This document shows positions 53,870-64,000 of a stretch of 64,000 bases of DNA, in pieces. The position numbers and the translations under genes are program-made. Source of the DNA: Chiloscyllium plagiosum (lineage: Eukaryota); assembly GCF_004010195.1 (NCBI RefSeq), contig NC_057718.1, forward strand, positions 60,582,795 to 60,646,794. The letters are read 5' to 3'. The notes below the pieces were generated by a model. That model was given only the letters and a program-made list of their open reading frames with translations, was not told where the DNA came from and did no database searches. Positions within the stretch are counted from its first letter, which is position 1; every line of letters starts with the position of its first letter.

Positions 53870-54590
53870 TGTGTGTTTCCACCTCTGTATGATCACCCAA
53901 TGCAGCTTATGTCTCAGCTCATGCCTTGGTATATCTACAAATTGATATTCCAACACAATCCTGGCTGGTCTCCCACATTTTATCCACTATAAATCTGAGG
54001 CTAATGTCTGTGCTATAAAATTCACTCATCACCCCTGTTGGCTGGCATAAATTTTCTCCTATTCAGCAACACCAAGCTTTTAAAATCCTCTTCCTTGTGT
54101 TCAAATCTCTCCCTGGCTTCAACTCTCTCAATCTCCTCCAACTCTTCCATCTACCGAGGTGTCTGTGCTCCTCCAGTTCTGACTTTCTGAAGTCCCTGAT
54201 TTGAATTGCTCCATCATTCACATCGTCACCTGCCAAAGCTCAAAACTCTGGAATTTCTGCAACAGAGACAGAAATTGCTGGAGAAACTCAAGTCTTCCTG
54301 AGTCAGCAGATCTGGCAGCATCTGTGAGGAAAAAAAGCAGAGTTAACATTTTGAGTCCAATGACTTTTCATCAGAATTGGCTTTGTTTTATTATTCTGGA
54401 ATTCCTGTCCTTGCTCTACCTCCCTTTGCTCCTTAATGTGCGCCTTAAAATCTATCTATATGCCCAAGTTTATTGTCATCTCTCTGCATTATCTCTTTAT
54501 GTGGCTTGTTATCAAATGTTGATTGATAATAATCCAGTAAAGTGCTGTGGGGTGTTTTACTATGTTAAAGGTTCTATTGTTGTGTAAAAT
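53870..54590 (+). mobile_element. Old L2 3' end with nested PLE terminus (~54261-54377, -)
   Basis: L2-type ctcatgccttgg...gatattccaac...ctggctggtctccc and tail. The PLE reverse complement ttctgatgaaaagtcattggactcaaaatgtta lies between repeated tctggaatt. Confidence 0.7.
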
Positions 54591-57500
54591 AAATTACCCT
54601 GCCCCGACCTGTCAACATTGCTTGTGGAATAGAAATGGTTAGGGATGAGCATTAAATTGAGATACACTTGGAAAAACTTGAATTTGGGTCAGCAGAATTC
54701 TGAGGTCATTGTCATTTTAAATAAAATGAAGATTCAATTGTACTCATGCTAAATTCATGTAACTAGATTACTTTGGTTTTTAAACCAACAAAATTACATG
54801 CCCTTATATCTGTGCACCACCAACATTTTAAAGGAAGGTCAGTTCTATTAAATGTCTGCATTTAATCTGAAAGAGGTGTATGTTTAATGGTGCTTGGAAT
54901 TTCCCATTCAATTTCTGACAGTCAATGATAAGGACATGTGAAGGCTGATTAATAGTTATACATTCACCACTCTGTTGGTGATGGATTAATGAATATGGAT
55001 TTGAGTTGCTTTATCTATATGAGACATGCTATGAAAATGCCTCCCTTGGAAGAAAGATGCATGTTTACCATGTTCAAGTAACCAAAGATTTGGCTAAATA
55101 TTTAGTATGAAAACCCAATGTTCCTAGCCATGATCATGAGTGTAAGTGAGTCAATTCAATCTTTTCATACATGCCCAGGGAATAAGAAACACTTGGGATT
55201 CGCACTTGGGAACAAAGTGATTGAGAAGAAAGCGAAGGATATTTCTTCACTCACAGGTGTGAGATTCTCGAACTGAAGCCAAACTTCAAACCTGAATTTA
55301 CTAAAGGCTTCTTTGTCAAAAGCCCTGCAGCTCAGAAACTTTTCTCTCAGGTTGAAAAAACAGAAACAAGTTGCTTAAAGATGCAATGAAACATGAAAAT
55401 TCAAGTTCAAGAAAAGAAATAAAAAAGTGGTTCACACAGAACAAGCTACTGCAACAATTAACTTGAAGAATGACAAAGGAAAGAATGTTGGTTGTCATCA
55501 TGCTCTGCATAGAAACAGAATTAAGTCAGTGCAAAAAACTATCAGCATTTAAATGGAAGATACAGGGCAAGGTCACAGACTTCCTTTAGAACCATCTGTA
55601 TTACTATGCTTGAAAATATTAACAATGTACTTACAGAGACTTTATATCTTGTCAGTAACATTCCATAAATAAAGCTGAATGACAGCTAGTCATAAAGCTG
55701 CCTTTTCTCAAATGAAGTAATCTGGTGGCAAATACTTCTTAACCAAATGAGTGTCGACTGGACCAAGCCATAACACCTATATTTGCATATTTCATAATGT
55801 AAACACTTTATTTTCATAGGCTGTATCTTATTTTTTATATAAGTAGCACTCTGTAAGAACCATTTGCAAAATAATTTGCTCATATATCAAACATTTCAAT
55901 AGTAAGTGGCGAATTGTTGCATTTGCATTGATAGGTCAACAACAGAAAAGCCTGTTTTTTTTAAAAGCTAAAATGTTATTCAGCATTTAATTCCCAAGGT
56001 CTTCCAAGGATGTGATAATAACAATATTTTTAGATCTTACTTTACTTTCCTCTTCTGACCTATGGCCTCCACAAGCTGTAGACAGTGGTAAGGTGCAATG
56101 GACCATAAAGTTGTCCCACAACATCATCCAATGATATATTATAATTAATCCAACAGAAAACTGTCTGCCTAAAAAAAGAGCAACAGAAGTTAAGGCTGAA
56201 ATTAGATGTCTACTAGAAGGTTGGCTTAAAATATGCAAAATAAGTATACAGAGCTACTGTAAACGAATGTAAGGTTTCAACTTAGAATAAAACCATTATA
56301 ATACAAATAGTTTAAGTACTAAGATGTGCAATCCAATCCATGTTTCAACAAAATGAATAAAAGGGGATTAATATTGTGCATTAATAAAAATGACCTCATT
56401 TGCCTTTCATCACCATTTTATGTTGCTTGCTTCATCAAGCATCTATGTTGCATTGATGCAAATATGGCCCCATCTGGTGCCTTAGAAGCGTAAACTGCAC
56501 TGTAGATTCAGAGCGCTCAGTGGCTTGGAATTCCTTAACCTGTTTTCATTCGCACAATTTCAGGGACATTGAGGCACTATAGTTTTGCTCAAAAATCTCA
56601 TGAGTTTTCACTTATCACAGCTAACCACTCATATTGACAAAGTTCAGATTGATTGCCATAGACTGAATTGTGGAAAATCTGACCACTACTCAATTTAAGG
56701 TGCATGTGATAATTAGGAGTCTATAGTACAACTCTTCCAGATAATTGCTGCACATAGTTTATAATGCAGCCTGTAAAAATCCACAGAAGGTTTAGGGTAG
56801 TTTTATTTGCTCACTGTGAAGATTTTTTCCTTTCAATTGTTTCCTCAATATATTGGCACTGAAGTTGGCGGTGCTTGCTGCCACAGAATGTGTTTAAGCA
56901 GATGTTGTCCCATTAATTAGCTCTGGACCTGGTTTTATGAGAGAATTCCCAACTCTCATTCCAAAAGGGATAGGTCCCAGAGTGTGTGCTCTAAATCCAC
57001 ATTCCATAGCCAGCTCTATAGCAGCAACAGTGGAATTGCTGCAGGTCTGTGTAGAAGGTATAGTTCTTTATTTCTAATTTTATGTTATATTTCACAATCT
57101 TAAAGTCAAAGTAATAGGAAAGGTCAGTGATGTCAGGGTGGAAGCACTTTGTTACATGAGTGGGGCATCCACAGGTAAAACAGTTGATTATCAGATTAAA
57201 TACAGTGACAGTAGTCAATGACAATTTTATAGCTGTACAATCATCTGTTTTCTTGAAATCCTGCCTAGATTATCTTAATTCATGGCATGACTTTTGTTTA
57301 TTAATGTATAACCAAGGATTAATTTTAGGTATTGCTATATAGTTGAGTTGTTGATCTTTCCTTGCAACAGCAGTCTTTCTAAGATAACACATATTGTTGT
57401 GCAAATGTGCTAAAATTGTCCGTTCAGGTTTGTAAATATCAAAACTGGGGGGAGTTCCACCACAAATAAAACAGAACCTGTAAACAGACAATCTTTGGGC

Positions 57501-57612
57501 TTCAGTGAGTTATTCTCATGGATTTTGAATCTCCTCCTTCCCAACTTATCAGCCCTGCCCCACATAAACTTAATTAATTCATTGGCTTTGAAATTTACCA
57601 TGTGCAGTATTA

Positions 57613-57838
57613 GAGCTGAAAAATGTTGCGCTGGAAAAGCGCAGCAGGTCAGGCAGCATCCAAGGAGCAGGAGAATCGACGTTTCGGGCATAAGCTCTTC
57701 TTCCTGAAGGATTCCTGAAGAAGGGCTTATGCCCGAAATGTCGATTCTCCTGCTCCTTGGATGCTGCCTGACCTGCTGCGCTTTTCCAGCACCACATTTT
57801 TCAGCTCTGATCTCCAGCATCTGCAGTCCTCACTTTCT
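57613..57838. mobile_element. Family-1 PLE terminal hairpin insertion with an intact + strand hammerhead core
   Basis: Inverted arms around cctgaaggattcctg; TSD ccatgtgcagtatta at 57598-57612 and 57839-57853. Confidence 0.9.
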
Positions 57839-58214
57839 CCATGTGCAGTATTATTCAATTAATACAGGCAGCTTCTCTCGCTGCTTAAATAACATGAGAA
57901 GGTTTAACACACTTGTATGTAAAGCATTTGTGCACAAACATGACATTGCACAATTACACACAATGTAATGCCAAAGCCAGTGTTCACTGCTATTCCCATT
58001 GCAGTCACTGTTCACAAATTGACAGCAAATAGTGTCATTGTTCTAGCTGCACAGTAAGCGTGGTAGGTGTGGATGTAGCAAGTGATTTGGACTGGCAGTG
58101 TGGAGTGAATGACTTAATATTTTACACTTTTTTCCTTACTGATTTTTTGATCCAGGTTAAAAGAAACAATCAACTGCAGTCTTTGTAGAAGGAAAAACAC
58201 CCAACAGGGACTTA

Positions 58215-58558
58215 AGGGGCAAACAGTGGCTTGGTGGTTAGCACTGCTCTCTCATGTACCAGGAACCCAGGTTCAATTCTACCCTTCGGTGACTGTCTGT
58301 GTGGACAGATTCTCCCTGCATTTGTATGGGTTTCCTCTGGGTGCTCTGCTTTCCTCCCATAGTCAAAAGATGTGCAGGGTGATGGATTTGCCAACCAAAT
58401 GGCCCATAATGTGCAGGCTAGGTGGATTAGCTATGGGAAATGCAGTGTTACAAGGATAGGGTAGGGAGATGGATCTGGGTGAGATGGTCTTCAGAGAGTT
58501 GGTGTGGACTTGATGGGCCAAATGTCCTGCTTCCACACTGCAGGGATTCTACTCTATG
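58215..58558 (+). mobile_element. HE1-like V-SINE
   Basis: gtggttagcactgctctctc...ccaggttcaattc, V-domain and tail ccacactgcagggattct. Confidence 0.85.
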
Positions 58559-61500
58559 AAAATGTTGAGAATTTTTGTAACATTAGGGTTAATAGCAGCC
58601 AGAAGAAAACTGCAAGTTGGCTACTGGCAGGTAGAGAGAATCTTCTATTTTCAAAATAACTTTATTAAACAGTCTGTTTTTGTAACAACAGTCTGTTGTT
58701 TCAAAACAATTCAAGCTTGAGAAAATCAATTCAGTGATAGATGATATTTGTACATCCAGGTTTTTGAAATGACATTGTAATATGTTGATGTGCACAAGCC
58801 TATTTTTATCTAACAGGACAAATATACTTGGGTTTTCTCCATCAAACCAACACAGTATTTCCATGTCAGAGGGGCATTATATCCTCGCAGTTTGTACCAG
58901 CCAGTGCATAAGGAATGATGCTATTAATTCTCTTGGGCAATCTTCAGGTCTGATTATTGGTGAAATAAATTTGCATGCTGAATATGAGGTAGGTGAATCA
59001 CGGACTATACAAATTATATTTCCTGACAGTGGTTAGCCGATGGTACGGCACAGCTTGTTTTTTTTTCTCTTTGTTGAAAGCTGGAGTATTTCAATTCATT
59101 ACATGAGATTGGTTAGAATTCCAGTCTCTTTTTACTTGATATTGAGTCTGTTATCTCTGCATGGACTAGCATTTTCCCCTGAGTACCCACCTAATCACTA
59201 CTTAAAAAATCGAAATGTATAGTTAGTGTCATGATTTAGATACCAGAGAAGCTTTATTTATCAGTACCGTGAGATAATTTCAATTTGAAACTTTATCACT
59301 CTCTGCATTTAACTGATTTGAAGGCTTTTTGCATATTGTGAGTGGGACAACTCCATATAGCCATTACATTGTGCCCAGTGATTTTTAAGCAATTCAAGAC
59401 AGGATTCATACTTCATGTGAAAATAGGTTACCATGGATATAACTAATGAAAGCAGGTTTAAGGAACAGATAGTGAAAGTATGAGTAAATATATTTCAGAT
59501 ATGCTCTATCAAAATCCTGCATTGTCAAGAAGACTTGGCCCTTTGTGTATAATGCTTAAATATGAGATGTGGAGCTGCTGTATTGCACATGAATATTAAA
59601 TTTTATATTCAAGCAATAGACGTGATCTTTTTTTGTACCAAAGTATTAACGTTAAAGAACTTCATTCAAATCACTCATGCTTTCAATACCTGGAGTAAAA
59701 TAGCTGTGAAAATTAATTTTAGACATTCCATATTAACAAAATAATGAGATGTTACTGTAGAGAGGCACAGCCGGCAATGGAAGGACAATCCTATCAAAGC
59801 CTGTCATTTGCTGTCAACACTGACAATTAATTCTTTTCATACATTTTCATGCACTTTTCCAAAAGCAAATTATTTGATTTAATAATCAACAAAGGAAAAT
59901 ATAACAAACTGGTGCATTAGTCCTTTAATCATTTGAAAGCAAAGAGGACATGTCCATTTTGGTCTACTCAAAGTTTATTGAATTATAGTTTATGTATTTT
60001 AAATAGCTCAAATATAAGTATTTCCATATTAAAAATTATATTCTAACTAGTAATACCAGGACTGTTAAATTGCGGAGTGAGTATTATCATTGGCCTTATA
60101 TATTATAAAACTGATGAAGTGGTAAGACATTTTATTATTTGTGTGTGTGAATGTGAACATGTTGACAGGAATGATTTTTCAAAACCATGTAAGATAATTC
60201 ATCCTGAAACATGTTTATTGAATTTCCTGGATCTGATGGCATGATATAGTTGTGATAAAACATATATTATACAAAATGAAATTAAACATTTAACCTTTTA
60301 GAATCTTATTAATGCTGACGTCAAGAAAGGTTGGTAATGGATATTTCAGAGGGAAAGAACATGTGCCCACGTGTGCTAAAGTCAGCCTGAACTGGTTAGT
60401 GAGCACATTGCTATATACATTCATCTAGTCAACTAATGCAGACTTGCTCATCACATCACTTAAAAACAATGAGACGCAGCAATATAACAGTGCTTTTCAT
60501 AGTATTATGGTAACTTAAAAGCCAGTAAATGTTTAATAATGAATTGAACTGGGAGCATCACAAGAAATACTGTCGGTTTGCACTGCTACTACCAAACATG
60601 CATGAGAACTAGCATCTCATATATTTATAACGTTGGGTATGATTTTACAAAATATAATCACTGTGCTATCTTTAGATTAGAGTACATCAGGAAATGTCCT
60701 CAATGTATCATTTATTGCAGAATATTGAAAATTCTATCAGAAAGATGCCTATACAATAAAATGCAGGTACAAGAAAAACCTTAACGAAAAACCTTCTGGA
60801 GGTGTACAAAATTATTTTTATTTTATTAATTTTTATTTTTAAATATCTAAGTCAGTGCTGAATAGATAGTCCCATATTCCCGTGACTATGTGATAACAAA
60901 CAATTTGTTTTGAAAATTGTAAATTATACATTAGTTGAGGTTATTGAAATTTGTTTGTCTTTCATAGTGGTTAAAATGTTGCACTAATCAGTATTAATCA
61001 AGTAATATTCTGCACACTATCTCACTGAACTTATAATACGTAGAATATCTTTTAGGTAAATAAACACACACCAGTTCGAGGAGATGTAAAGTAATCATAG
61101 TAACATAGTAAAATTTTCCAGTATTTTATATTCAAAGACTAAATATTCATCTTGTAGCAGCTCCACTGACCACACTCACTTTATTCATTATTCCATTTGT
61201 GATATTATGTAAAATGTCCACACTTATTAATCATACAATGGAGCAACAAACAAAATGGTATTTGATAGACAGCCTGAAGAAAACTTGCTATGTGTCAGAA
61301 CTCAGTCACATATAACTGAAGGATCTAGCTCATGTGTGATTTGACCTTATAGGCTGCAAGCATGGATTGTGCATTGACCTATCATAACAATGCAAGAATT
61401 TCAAATGACCCATGCAACTGACAGAATGTTTCACCTTTCAAATGTAATGTAATATTTTCTGATAAGAAGCTTACATTAGGTTTCTTTAGCTGGAAAACAC

Positions 61501-64000
61501 GTGACTAGTATTTTATAGAAATGCTAAGTTGAACAGTGAAGCATCCTTGACTGTGATGGAACAAAGCATGCTTTTAGGGTAGATTTAACGGTGGTATTTC
61601 ATTGGACTCCATTTTCTTGCAATGGTTTAATGGATGCATGTTCATTAGGGTAGTATTGTGTATCACTTCTACTCTGACATCAATATGTTTAACCCATATT
61701 CAATAAAGTGACACTGTGCATTGATGTGACCTGATTTCAGTGTTCAGTGTAAGAGAGTGATTAGGCCCTGTACCAAAATCAGTGCTTATGAGTTTATTCA
61801 CTGGAGCAATACTGACCACTAAATCGGATTACATTATTAATCATACTTGCGGTGTGCTGCACAGGTGATCTTCCTGGTATAAAATGACATCTTCATCACC
61901 ACACCTGGAGAGAAAATACAGAAAAACAGAACATTAATACTTGGAAATGACCGTGTCATTGGAAGGAAACTCCAAATTAAGGTGTATAAGACAATTTGTG
62001 TCATTTGTGAAGTTTTAATGTTGTGTCCTCATGGATTTTTGACCATCATTTTGGTAAGGAGGTTGGTGCAGCTACAGGGAGTATTAGTCAGAGGCACGCA
62101 GAACAGGAAAAACTTGATGTCAGTAAATTGTGAATTGATGTGAGTGCTGCTACTTCTAATGTAAGTACTCCAACAAATGCCCTATCTACAAGCCTCATGT
62201 AACTTCCATTTGCAACCAATGCTACTTAAAGGAATTATCAAATGTGCTTAGATTAGTTGCTGATTGATTTTTACTGGTTGCTGTAGACTGTGTAGAAGTG
62301 TTTAGTCATTTGCATGCTGAAGTCTTTGCAACATCAAGGAGTGTATTGACTAATAATTTTTGAGCTGTTTGATAGAAAGCATCAGGGATAAAGACAGAAG
62401 GTCCGAAACCAACAGACATACCCTTACATTGACATACCCCAACATTCTGGACAGGTAAAACTTTGTATTAGAGAGAGTGAGCTGAATAAGTCATTTCGTG
62501 GAGTATGAAATCAGAAGTTCAGGGCTACAGTTGCCCACTCCAAATGTTGGCCGCGTGTTTATCTATAGGACTTCCGGGTTCCCTAAGAATAGATACCTCT
62601 CCTCCTCTGCACCTTCTTTCTGAGGTTTTCACTGTCACAATTGGAAAATCTTGGAACTCACTTCTTGCTGTATTGCACGGACATTTAGTTTTCTTGTAGC
62701 ACGCACTTTATTCTGCAATGTGTATCAGTATTTGAACCAGCCAGAACATAGCTCCACTTTAATAGGTGTATTCCAGCTTTAAATAGTGCATGTTCACTGG
62801 TCCCTCATGGTATTTCACATATGCAACCACATAGCAGCGTTCAGGAGCCATTTAAATTGGCTGTGTGTATACTGTTTGCAATGGATGGTGGGCTAAACCT
62901 ACACTCTGATCCAGTGTTCATTTCCTCACCATACCTGATTTTGCAGCCACTGTGTGCAGGTCCTATCCTTAGATTTGTGTATGTGATCATAAATTGAATG
63001 AAATAATGCAAAATATAGGTTCTGGTTGACGTCGACCATTGCACAGAATTCAGAATTAACCTTATGCATACAGAATCATTCATAATGAGGTGAGCTAACA
63101 CTGAAATATTACTATTTATGGATTGCCTACAGTCATGGACATTAACACAAAATGGAGATGTCCCAGCAGGTACAGGAGTATTGCATTCTGGTCTTGTTAT
63201 GAACATTGGTCATTTTCTTAACAGCTGCCTGTCACTCGGCTCTTGGCAGAGACAGGTGCTTAATTGTGAAATTTCTCTATTTAAATGAAATATAATTCCC
63301 TATCAACAGTTACAATGTGAAACATCATATTTAATGGGAAAGGAAGGGACATTTAGTACAGGGATTAATGTGTCATCTTTAGATATATTACATGGATTGC
63401 CTACTGGCATGTGACAGATTCTGAAAATCAGTGTGGATCACATCTATATACCTAAGGAGCTTAGGAGCAAACTGCAGCTCAAATATATGTTCATGTGCAA
63501 ACATTGCTTGAACTCTTCTGAGGGATTAGCTAATGTACGAAACAATTCTTTCCGGTTCTGGAACGCCATTGTGATATTGTACATCATGACATCAAAACAA
63601 AGTTGTTATGCAGTTGAGATGCTTGTCACTCACTGATTTTCCCATAAAATATTACCAAATGTTTTAATTGCTGTTGCTGACACAATGGCAAGCATTACAT
63701 CCTATCTCCATTCCAACACTCCACATGTCATTCCACAGGGAACTCATCAGATATCCACCTGAAGGCCAGCACCCCTTACATCTTGAAGACCATCTTCAAG
63801 AGTCTATAGTGCTCCTTAGAGAAGCACTGGCATCTGCCCTACCCATGACTGGTCACTGGACAGACATGGCTGACAAGGGCAAATTAGCACAGAGTCTCCG
63901 ACAGGAACCTGAAGGGACTGGTTATTGGGACAATGCATAGTAAGGCTATCGCATCCCAGAGGACAGACAGAGGAAACACTGCCACTGTACAATGTCAGCA

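Noticed and set aside
56465-56485. CTCF-like motif (also a YY1/CTCF-like motif at ~4472-4488)
   Set aside because: Short imperfect matches are expected by chance in 64 kb.
63668-63940. 90-aa ORF with an acceptor-like ttccacag
   Set aside because: No recognisable homology, no donor site, and it lies at the window edge; possibly a TE remnant.

Overview
This is a repeat-rich, apparently intergenic or intronic window from a cartilaginous fish. The HE1-type V-SINEs, CR1/HER1-like LINEs and Deu-domain SINEs point to a shark, probably a carpet shark (inference). I could not identify any intact host protein-coding gene; almost all ORF-track hits are retroelement remnants or noise. The window holds many CR1 fragments of different ages, L2 3' ends, a Rex1/Babar LINE, three decayed Gypsy elements (one with nested insertions including a solo LTR with a 4-bp TSD) and a decayed PIF/Harbinger transposase. 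It also holds about nine insertions of three Penelope-like element (PLE) families, whose termini carry minimal hammerhead-ribozyme motifs and often form outward-facing hairpins with 12-15 bp TSDs. The strongest observation is a ~7.8-kb inversion (~29.77-37.54 kb). It is shown by two pairs of target-site duplications now in inverted orientation, and its breakpoints fall at the 5' ends of the two arms of one PLE insertion, suggesting a PLE-insertion-mediated rearrangement. All family assignments come from motif recognition by eye, not database searches.
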